This document shows, piece by piece, positions 30,691-39,058 of a stretch of DNA of 64,000 nucleotides. Source of the DNA: Hormoscilla sp. GTDB taxonomy: Bacteria; Cyanobacteriota; Cyanobacteriia; Cyanobacteriales; Desertifilaceae. The notes under the pieces are model-generated. The model was given only the letters and a program-made list of their open reading frames with translations. It was not told where the DNA came from and did no database searches. The first letter of the stretch is position 1. Each line of letters opens with the position of its first letter. Where the stretch lies: the NCBI GenBank assembly GCA_051439505.1, contig JBFRWI010000053.1:27865-91864 (forward strand), read 5' to 3'. The translations under genes and the position numbers were made by a program.

Positions 30691-30920
30691 GGTGCATCTG
30701 ATAGAAGCAAAAATAATAACAACTCGTTCAATGTCTCTGGCAGGGAACGTACCGCCGAGACTCAACCTCGGAGGACAGCTATCAGACCTCCGAGTCCGAC
30801 GAGTTCGTTGGTTATACCCTCACAGGAGGCAGATCCTCAAAAAAGCATTTCTAGGCTGAGCCTAGAAACGAGAGTGGAGAGAAACTATTGTTGAGCAAGA
30901 TGATATTAGATTGTTGGACC

Positions 30921-32375
30921 ATGAATGCCTTGGCGGCGGTAAAGATTAACGGTTTGCTAGACAGGATAGATGCTGGGGTTTCCCAAGTTTTGGAAGTGCT
31001 AAACGATGCGATATTTTTTAGCATCGGCGGGATGCCCCTGATTGTCATATGGCTGCTTATGGCTGGGGTATTCTTTACCTGGCAGATGAGGTTTGTTAAT
31101 ATCAGGGCATTTAAGCACGCGATCGATGTGGTTCGAGGAAAATACGATGACCCGAACTCCGAAGAAGGGGAAGTATCTCACTTTCAAGCCCTGGCGATCG
31201 CCCTGTCGGCAACGGTGGGCATAGGGAATATCGCTAGCGCAGCGGTAGCGATCGCCCTCGGAGGTCCGGGGGCTTGTTTTTGGCTCACCGTGGGGGGTCT
31301 ATTGGGGATGAGCACGAAATTTGTCGAATGTACTCTGGGTCACAAATATCGCATCATCAAGCCAGATGGCACGATCGTGGGGGGTCCGATGTATTATCTG
31401 TCAGCAGGATTAGCAGAAGTGGGACTTCATCGGCTGGGCAATATTTTAGCTGTAATCTACTCGTTTACGGGCATTTTGGCTATCTTAGTTGCCGTTGCCA
31501 TTCTCCAGTCGAATCAGTCCCTAGCAGCAGTAACGGCAATAGTACCATCATTGGCAGATTATGGCTGGATCTATGGGGCGCTCATGGCGGGTTTGGTGGG
31601 ATTAGTGATTATTGGCGGTCTCCAACGCCTCGCTAGGGTTGCAGGTGTAATTGCGCCCCTGATGTGCGGCATCTATATCTTGGTCTGCCTGTGGGTGCTG
31701 GCGATCCATTTTACCGCTATTCCTGAGGCGATCGCCACTATTATCAAATCAGCATTTTCCTTCCATGCAGTCGGCGGGGGTTTCGCGGGGGCATTGATCC
31801 AGGGACTGCGGCGTTCGGCTTTCTCTAATGAGGCCGGATCGGGAACGGCGGCGATCGCCCATGCCGTTGCCAGAACTGACGAACCCGTTCGTGAAGGCAT
31901 TGTCACCATCCTGGAACCTTTTATTGACACCGTCATCATCTGCAACCTGACTGCCTTGGTGGTCATCATTACCGGGGCGTACAATAATCCGGACTTTGCT
32001 AACTTCAGCGGTACCCAACTCGCCTCCGCTGCCTTCGGAGAAGCGATCTCCTGGTTTCCTTACCTGTTGGCGATCGTGATTTTTTTCTTTGCCTTTTCCA
32101 CGATCATTTCCCAGTATTACTACGGTGAGGTTTGCTGGGAATATCTGCTGGGCGATCGCAGCGAGACGCTTTTTCAGGTATTATTCTTGGGTTGCATACT
32201 TTTAGGTTCGGTAGCGTCTCCCCAGGCAGTGATTGAATTCGGCGATGCTCTTTTAGTCGCCTTAGTTTTACCCAATCTGTTGGGGGTTTTCTTCCTCTCC
32301 CACCAAGTTGCTGTAGACCTAGAAGATTATCTCAACCGCCTCAATGCCAGTAATCTGGCGATCGTGGAGAATTGA
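30921..32375 (+). CDS. AGCS-family symporter, paralog 2
   Basis: Motifs ATVGIGNIASAA, GGPMYY and FSNEAGSGT; the ORF is open from 30888. Confidence 0.92.
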   Translation: MNALAAVKINGLLDRIDAGVSQVLEVLNDAIFFSIGGMPLIVIWLLMAGVFFTWQMRFVNIRAFKHAIDVVRGKYDDPNSEEGEVSHFQALAIALSATVGIGNIASAAVAIALGGPGACFWLTVGGLLGMSTKFVECTLGHKYRIIKPDGTIVGGPMYYLSAGLAEVGLHRLGNILAVIYSFTGILAILVAVAILQSNQSLAAVTAIVPSLADYGWIYGALMAGLVGLVIIGGLQRLARVAGVIAPLMCGIYILVCLWVLAIHFTAIPEAIATIIKSAFSFHAVGGGFAGALIQGLRRSAFSNEAGSGTAAIAHAVARTDEPVREGIVTILEPFIDTVIICNLTALVVIITGAYNNPDFANFSGTQLASAAFGEAISWFPYLLAIVIFFFAFSTIISQYYYGEVCWEYLLGDRSETLFQVLFLGCILLGSVASPQAVIEFGDALLVALVLPNLLGVFFLSHQVAVDLEDYLNRLNASNLAIVEN

Positions 32376-32496
32376 AGAATTATGATTTTTTGATAATTGC
32401 CTGACAGTTATCAAAAAATCTGGAGCCAGCAAAAATATGTTAAGATGAGAGAGAACTGTAAGGAAATAGGCTAGAGAAACGTAACTTGTTCTAATT

Positions 32497-34041
32497 ATGT
32501 TAAGATATCCAGACGCGATAATCAGCGATGACAAGGGTTTACAAGGAAGCATGGAGAGGATTGTTTCCCAAGTTTTAGAAGGAATAAACAATGTAGTGTT
32601 CTTTAGCATTGGGGGTATGCCCCTGATCGTGCTGTTGCTGCTCTCCGCAGGACTGTTGTTCACCTGGCGGATGAAATTGCTCAATTTCAAGGGGTTGAAG
32701 CATACGTTCGATATCCTCCGAGGGAAATACTCCGAGCCAAATTGCGACGGAGAAATCTCCTATTTTCAAGCCATGGCAGTGGGCCTCTCGGGAACGATCG
32801 GCATAGGTAGCATCATTAATCCGATAATTGCGATCGCCATCGGGGGTCCGGGTGCTTTGTTTTGGATGACGATCGGCGGTCTGTTAAGCATGACCACTCA
32901 ATTTACCGAATCTGTCCTATCCGTAAAATACCGAATAGTCAACAATGACGGCACGGTCAGAGGCGGACCAATGTATTATCTGCCAGCAGGTTTAGCTAGT
33001 ATGGGACGTAAAAAGTTGGGTCGGGTTTTAGCGCTCCTATACTCATTTATGAGCGTTTGTGCCGTGTTAGTTAGCCTTTCTATTCTAATTTCTAACCAGT
33101 CCCTAGCAGCAGTTGCGGCTGTAATGCCAGTGTTGGCAGATAAGGGCTGGATATGTGGTGTAATTCTGGCTTTGTTGGTGGGAGTGGTAATAATTGGTGG
33201 CATCCAAAGCATCTCTAGGGTGGCGGGTGCAATTGTGCCAGCAATGTGTGCTATCTACCTGTTTGCTTGCCTGTGGGTGCTGCTGACCCATAATGATGCT
33301 ATTCCTGGGGCGATCGGCACGATTATCTCGGGGGCTTTTTCCCCCCAGGCAGTCTCCGGTGGATTCTTGGGGATGCTGGTGCAGGGATTTAGGCGTTCTG
33401 CCTTTTCTAATGGAGCCGGGTCGGGAATGCCCTCGATCGTTCATGCTACGGCTAAAACTTCTGAACCAGTGCGGGAAGCTTTGATCGCCCAGCTCGAACC
33501 TTTGATTACCACGGTAATCATCTGCAACCTGACAGGTTTGGTAATGCTCGTGACTGGGGCCTATAATAATCCGGAGTATGCTGGTCTGGGCGGTACCCAA
33601 CTCGCGTCTGCGGCCTTTGGCGAAGCGAGCAGCTGGTTTCCTTATCTCTTGGCGATCGCGGTTTTATTCTTTGCCTTTTCGACCCTGATTTCTTACATTT
33701 ACTACGGTGAGATGTGCTGGGAATATATGTTAGGTTCAATTGGTGAAAGGAGCGAGATTGTTTTTAAGCTATTATGCTTGGTGGGGATTTTCGTGGGGTC
33801 GATCGCGGCTCCCGATCCAGTGCTGAAATTCGGCGATGCTATGTACCTGGCGATAATTTTTCCCAATCTGTTCGGCGTTTACTTCCTCTATAACCAAGTG
33901 GGCGCAGACGTGGAAGATTATTTCGATCGCCTGAAGGCCCAGAAGCAGGAGACCCTTGGCGAGTCGGAACAAGCAGCAGAACCCAAATACCGCATCAACC
34001 TGAGTAAAAAGCCGATCGCCGATCGCAGCAATCCTAGCTAG
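32497..34041 (+). CDS. AGCS-family symporter, paralog 3 (diverged)
   Basis: Motifs GTIGIGSIINPI, GGPMYY and FSNGAGSGM. Confidence 0.9.
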   Translation: MLRYPDAIISDDKGLQGSMERIVSQVLEGINNVVFFSIGGMPLIVLLLLSAGLLFTWRMKLLNFKGLKHTFDILRGKYSEPNCDGEISYFQAMAVGLSGTIGIGSIINPIIAIAIGGPGALFWMTIGGLLSMTTQFTESVLSVKYRIVNNDGTVRGGPMYYLPAGLASMGRKKLGRVLALLYSFMSVCAVLVSLSILISNQSLAAVAAVMPVLADKGWICGVILALLVGVVIIGGIQSISRVAGAIVPAMCAIYLFACLWVLLTHNDAIPGAIGTIISGAFSPQAVSGGFLGMLVQGFRRSAFSNGAGSGMPSIVHATAKTSEPVREALIAQLEPLITTVIICNLTGLVMLVTGAYNNPEYAGLGGTQLASAAFGEASSWFPYLLAIAVLFFAFSTLISYIYYGEMCWEYMLGSIGERSEIVFKLLCLVGIFVGSIAAPDPVLKFGDAMYLAIIFPNLFGVYFLYNQVGADVEDYFDRLKAQKQETLGESEQAAEPKYRINLSKKPIADRSNPS

Positions 34042-34058
34042 TCGGGATAACTATATTT

Positions 34059-34236
34059 GGCGTTGCACAACGACACCGATGATGAGGGCTGCTAATTGCT
34101 AATTGCTAATTGTCAATGGCGGGCAATAGAATTGTCATTTGTAGTCAGAAATATCTATTTACTCTTTTCAATTAGCAATTAGCCATTAGCAAAATTTAAC
34201 AATTGGCTGCTATCATCGGTAAAAATGTGCAACGCC
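34059..34236. mobile_element. MITE family C (GGCGTTGCACA...TGTGCAACGCC) with STRR cargo
   Basis: Perfect 8-bp target duplication CTATATTT (34051-34058 and 34237-34244); lone left ends at 25106 and 26484. Confidence 0.88.
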
Positions 34237-34808
34237 CTATATTTGTTTAGAAATAAGCTGTCTCAATACTTCTCGGTTAGGGAGAAGGGAGAAGGGAGAA
34301 GGGAGAACCCGTCAGTGTCTTCACCCTGTGCCCACTTCTCTCTCCCCACTGCAACTATAGAGCGGCAGGCTGTAACCATAGAGCGGCAGCCCAACGGAGA
34401 ACTACGAACGCAGCTAGCGAACATCTAATGCCCCTAACTCTTGACAGTGAGGAAATGTTTGTCAGTCCACTGTCTACTAATCTTAGGTATAAGTTATTCT
34501 AATACAATCTGAAATCTTGCCGATTATGAGGGAAAAATTCTCGTAGAATAGCTCTCGAACATCAAAATATCTAAGAACGAAATATACAGATCAATACTTA
34601 ATTATTTCCATCTGAAATAATTGTCAATCATTAAGTGTAACAAGAAAAAGGAATAATAGCAAAAGCGGGAGTAGTAGGGGGACTGCACAAGGACCAGTGC
34701 TAGCCCTTCGGCTGCGCTCAGGGACCGCCCATGACCTTTGAAGATGTGTTAGGATGAGAGGGAGCTGTAAGTAAATCGGCATAAGTAAACGCAACTTGTT
34801 TTAATACC

Positions 34809-36371
34809 ATGTTAAGATATCCATACGCGATAATCAGCGATGACAACGGTTTACAAGGCAGCATTGAAACGATCATAACTTGGCTTCAGTCAGGTGTTGA
34901 GGAATTTTTAAAAGGCATAAATGATGCAGTATTCTTTAGCGTCGGGGGCATGCCCCTCATCGTGCCGTGGCTGATATTCGCAGGGGTATTTTTTACCTTG
35001 CGGATGAAATTTGTCAATGTTAGAGCCTTTAAGCACGCGATCGATATAGTCCGGGGCACATACTCCGATCCAAGTTCGGACGGAGAAATCTCCCATTTTC
35101 AAGCCCTGGCAGTGGCCCTCTCGGGAACGGTAGGAGTAAGTAACATCTTCAATGCTATGATTGCGATCGCCCTAGGGGGTCCGGGTGCTTTGTTCTGGAT
35201 GACGGTGAGCGGTCTGCTCAGCATGACTACTAAATTTACCGAATGTACCCTGGCGGTCAAATATCGGACAGTAAGCAGTGATGGCACAGTCAGAGGCGGA
35301 CCGATGTATTATCTGTCAGCAGGCTTAGCTAGTATAGGACAGAGGAAGTTGGGTAGGGTTTTAGCTGTCTTATACTCATTCTTGGGGGTTTGTGGGATAT
35401 TGGTTAGTATTTCTATCCCACAGTCTAACCAGTCCCTGGCCGCAGTTGCAGTTGTAGTGCCCATGTTGGCAGATTGCGGCTGGATCTATGGTTTAATCAT
35501 GGCTTTGTTGGTGGGAGTGGTGATCCTTGGTGGGATCCAAAGCATCGCCAGGGTGGCGGGTGCGATCGTGCCCCTGATGTGTGGCATCTACATTTTGGCA
35601 TCCCTGTGGGTGCTGCTGACCCATATCACCGCTATTCCTGAGGCGATCGGCATTATTATCTCCTCTGCTTTTTCTCCCCAGGCAGTAGGAGGTGGATTCT
35701 TGGCGGGCCTAGTACAGGGATTGAGGCGTTCTGCCTTTTCTAATGGAGCTGGGTCCGGAATGGCAACGATCGCCCATGCTACTGCTAAAACTTCTGAACC
35801 GGTGCGGGAAGGTATTGTCGCCCTACTGGAACCTTTTATTGACACGGTCATTATCTGCAACCTGAGTGGTTTGGTGCTGCTCGTTACCGGGGCCTATAAT
35901 AATCCGAAGTTTGCAGACCTCAGCGGTACCCAACTCGCATCGGCTGCCTTTGGAGAAGCGATCGGCTGGTTTCCTTATGTCTTGGCGGTCGTGGTTTTTT
36001 TCTTTGCCTTTTCGACGCTGATTTCTTTAGTTTACTACGGTCAGGTCTGCTGGGAATATCTGTTGGGTCCGATTGGAGAAAAAAGTGCGATCGTTTTTAA
36101 GCTATTATTCTTGATGGGGATTTTCTTGGGGTCGGTAGCTGCTCCCGAGCCAGTGCTTAAATTCGGCGATGCCATGTACCTGACGATAGTTTTACCAAAT
36201 ATATTCGGCCTGTACTTCCTCTATAACCAAGTGGCCGCAGACCTGGAAGATTATTTCGATCGCCTGAAGGTAGGCTTTCGGATTCCCTTTGTCAACTCGG
36301 AACAAGCAGGAAAACCCAAATACAGCATCAACCTGAGTAAAAAGCCGATCGCCGTTCTCAGCAAATCCTAA
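34809..36371 (+). CDS. AGCS-family symporter, paralog 4 (diverged)
   Basis: Motifs GTVGVSNIFNAM and FSNGAGSGM; leader and tail shared with paralog 3. Confidence 0.9.
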   Translation: MLRYPYAIISDDNGLQGSIETIITWLQSGVEEFLKGINDAVFFSVGGMPLIVPWLIFAGVFFTLRMKFVNVRAFKHAIDIVRGTYSDPSSDGEISHFQALAVALSGTVGVSNIFNAMIAIALGGPGALFWMTVSGLLSMTTKFTECTLAVKYRTVSSDGTVRGGPMYYLSAGLASIGQRKLGRVLAVLYSFLGVCGILVSISIPQSNQSLAAVAVVVPMLADCGWIYGLIMALLVGVVILGGIQSIARVAGAIVPLMCGIYILASLWVLLTHITAIPEAIGIIISSAFSPQAVGGGFLAGLVQGLRRSAFSNGAGSGMATIAHATAKTSEPVREGIVALLEPFIDTVIICNLSGLVLLVTGAYNNPKFADLSGTQLASAAFGEAIGWFPYVLAVVVFFFAFSTLISLVYYGQVCWEYLLGPIGEKSAIVFKLLFLMGIFLGSVAAPEPVLKFGDAMYLTIVLPNIFGLYFLYNQVAADLEDYFDRLKVGFRIPFVNSEQAGKPKYSINLSKKPIAVLSKS

Positions 36372-36420
36372 TTGCTAATCGGGATATAAAGCCTCCGGGT
36401 GGGCACCGCCCACCATCCTC

Positions 36421-36572
36421 GGGTGTGGTCATGCATTTGTTGCTCTCGGGATCCCCCCCAAACCCCCCCTTCCAAAAGGGGGGGCTGTCTTCGCCCCCCT
36501 TTTTAAGGGGGGTTTGGGGGGATCCGGCGACTGGGGTATCCCATAGGAGATCAACGGGTTTTGACCACACCC
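36421..36572. mobile_element. MITE family B
   Basis: Terminal inverted repeats GGGTGTGGTCA / TGACCACACCC; perfect 9-bp target duplication ACCATCCTC; G/C-run palindrome cargo. Confidence 0.9.
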
Positions 36573-36638
36573 ACCATCCTCGTTCCCCTCGTTGGCAGGG
36601 TCTCCCTGGTCACTATAAATGGTGCAAATTAATAGCGA

Positions 36639-36964
36639 TCGGGATATAAAGCAGCAGTCGGAACGGTGAGTCGGTCCTGAATCATTGATTCCCAGTACAA
36701 TTGCAGCAAGGGGTTGTCCGAGTTACTGATAAACTGCACTTTGATGGGAGTCTTGCGGCCCCCAATCATTTCGAACGCTGCACTTTGGGCTGTACCATTG
36801 TTATGGGATGCCTCGATCGCCAGTTGACCGTCAATCCAAATTTTCACCGTTCCAGTTAAACCCACGCGCTCACTGATATGCTTCCGTCCGGGGTACTTCC
36901 AGAAATCCTTCCCATTCGACGCTGAAGGAGTTTGGTTTTAACTGTTCGGGCAGGTTCCAGGGTT
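36639..36964 (-). pseudogene. Frameshifted copy of the PA14-domain 3' end of the 39059-41875 gene
   Basis: Close nucleotide match to 39063-39390, with a +1 indel near 36868. Confidence 0.88.
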
Positions 36965-37330
36965 GCTGAATTAGATCGCGTCTATCAGTACGATCGCAAT
37001 ATACTTCAACTGAAGCAGCACTTTCGCGTCAGTTACCAGGTCATTTTAACTCGTCTGGCAGAAATGGGAGCGATCGACTATCAACAAAAAATTAAGAAAA
37101 TTCGTGCTATTTACAAAAATCGGCATGGTTCGCCCCTGAAAAATTCAATGGAGTTACCGCCAGCACTGAAAGCCGAATACTTTCCCGAAAATCAACGCTA
37201 TCGACAGTTGATATGGCAAGCCTTTGATAAAGGGAAAATTTCCGAACTGAAAGCGGCAGAACTACTCGACCTCACGGTGGAAGAATTGCGAATGCGTCGT
37301 CAAGAAGCAGAAGTTTATGCAATCTCTTAA
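36965..37330 (+). pseudogene. C-terminal remnant of an ImmA/IrrE-type (HTH-metallopeptidase) antitoxin
   Basis: Motifs LKQHFRVSYQVILTRL and GKISELKAAELL; the 5' part is replaced by the PA14 fragment. Confidence 0.65.
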
Positions 37331-37405
37331 TGGAACTATTCTCGACGCGACCGCCATTATCGACTTTCGCTAGCTGAACGAGTGGGAGTGGTTAAAACAA
37401 CAGCC
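37317..37405 (+). pseudogene. Truncated PIN-domain toxin
   Basis: Reads MQSLNGTILDATAIIDFR*LNEWEWLKQQ; overlaps the antitoxin stop; TAG at 37371. Confidence 0.55.
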
Positions 37406-37419
37406 AGGGACGGAAAGTG

Positions 37420-38232
37420 CTAAAGGCGCTTGGCCGCACCGCGATAGATTACTACTGTGACGACGCCCTCTGGTGAAGAGGCAATACTGCGAAAAAACTC
37501 TAAGCCAGCTTCTAAGCGATTTCGATCTTTCCCTAAATCTTGCGTTATCTGAGGAATCGCCAGTTCCATAGTAATGCCGATAAATTCAATAAACTCACGC
37601 AATTCTTCACGTCCCAAGGCATAACAGTAATACATGGGGAAAGGAGCGATCTCAACTTCACTGAAGCCAGCAGATGGTAACAGGGGCCCGAGAATTCTGG
37701 CCACATGGGGATTGCCCCCTGTACGCTCGAACTGCTCGTACATAGCATCTTGCAAATACCGACAATCAGTTGATTCCGGCCAAATCTGAAAAGTCTTGTA
37801 GTCAACCTCAGTTATGGAGATCGTACCGCCAGGTTTGAGTACGCGGTATGCTTCTCGCAGAATTGCTTTTGGGTCCGAAACATGCTCCAATATCCAGAAA
37901 CCATGGACGCGATCGAAGGTAGCATCTGGCCAAGGAAGCCAAGCCGCATCACCTACACGGAGTTCAACATTATCCAGCCCCAGGTCATTTAAATATTTGC
38001 GGGCGTATTCGATTTGCTTGGGTTCTATATCAATTCCGGCTAGATTCAAATCTGGGAAAGCTTTGCCAATTTCACTTAGCACTGCTCCGACACCGCAGCC
38101 GATTTCTAGCAAGCTTTCTCCGCCAGCAAAGCTCAAGTCCCGCAAGATGAGCTGTTCTCGAAAAAATTCAGCCTGCTTTATCAGGCGGTGTTGTTCTTCT
38201 GTGGTATAACCATGAATATACTTGGCCGACAA
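37420..38232 (-). CDS. Class I SAM-dependent methyltransferase
   Basis: Motifs YIHGY, LLEIGCGVG, LEHVSDP and RVLKPGG; TTG start at 38232 after AGGAGG. Confidence 0.9.
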   Translation of the reverse strand: MSAKYIHGYTTEEQHRLIKQAEFFREQLILRDLSFAGGESLLEIGCGVGAVLSEIGKAFPDLNLAGIDIEPKQIEYARKYLNDLGLDNVELRVGDAAWLPWPDATFDRVHGFWILEHVSDPKAILREAYRVLKPGGTISITEVDYKTFQIWPESTDCRYLQDAMYEQFERTGGNPHVARILGPLLPSAGFSEVEIAPFPMYYCYALGREELREFIEFIGITMELAIPQITQDLGKDRNRLEAGLEFFRSIASSPEGVVTVVIYRGAAKRL

Positions 38233-38414
38233 AATCAACCTCCTAACTGAATTTTCTCCTACCAACTTAAACCGGGACAGCCCCGTTCGGGCTATGCTTC
38301 CAGCGCACGGGACCTTCATCTGCTCGTTTCGGTAAAGTTGTCCCGCTTTAAGTCGATACCCTAATTTTTGATATTTCCGATTTTAGATCCTATTTGCCTT
38401 CACAGGTGTCAACC

Positions 38415-38897
38415 CTAATCGTCGCTTGACAATATAACGCTCAGTAGTTGCTCTGTGGAATCTTCCATTTCCGCCACAGACTCCAGGCTTTTAACCACAC
38501 TTTGGGACACCCCTAAAATCTCAGCAGCTCGCCCAACAGCGGCTTTTTCCTTTTCGTGGTATGTGCCATCAGCGCGACTCATCTTGATTGCGTGGTACAA
38601 CAGCGTTCGCCGTACATTTAAAGGATAATTAAACTTCACCTCGCTCAATACTTTCTCAAGGTTAACATTCTTCCAGTCGATGTTACGGATCGCCTCCATG
38701 TACTCTGGGGGCCCTCCCATCAAAGTTACTTCGTCAATATACCACTGCAATTCAGCATCCGCCAGCTCGCCATCTGCCCCGGCGATCGCCAATAATGCCT
38801 CACTGTACTTGACCCCCATATCAAAATCAACCTCTACCGTGCAGTTTATTCTCCGTTTGGTATATGCACTCGGTTGTAATTTTTTTTCGCTGCTCAT
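38415..38897 (-). CDS. TerB-family protein
   Basis: Paired TerB motifs AIAGADGELADAE and MSRADGTYHEKE. Confidence 0.8.
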   Translation of the reverse strand: MSSEKKLQPSAYTKRRINCTVEVDFDMGVKYSEALLAIAGADGELADAELQWYIDEVTLMGGPPEYMEAIRNIDWKNVNLEKVLSEVKFNYPLNVRRTLLYHAIKMSRADGTYHEKEKAAVGRAAEILGVSQSVVKSLESVAEMEDSTEQLLSVILSSDD

Positions 38898-39058
38898 ATT
38901 TTCCTCCTTTTTTGCTTGGATGTGAGAGCGTCTTTGGCAAATTGCTCTGCAATAACATATAATATTTCACAGACCGACTAAGTAGTCAATCCGCAAAAAT
39001 ACTTAATTTTCCAGCAACAAGATCGGCAGAACCGCAACTGGCAATCTATACGAACTAC

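Noticed and set aside
36358..36649. Short ORFs (PQTPLKKGG-type), also at 53093-53460, 52832-53122, 1530-1739 and 63550-63801
   Set aside because: They are translations of MITE/REP sequence.
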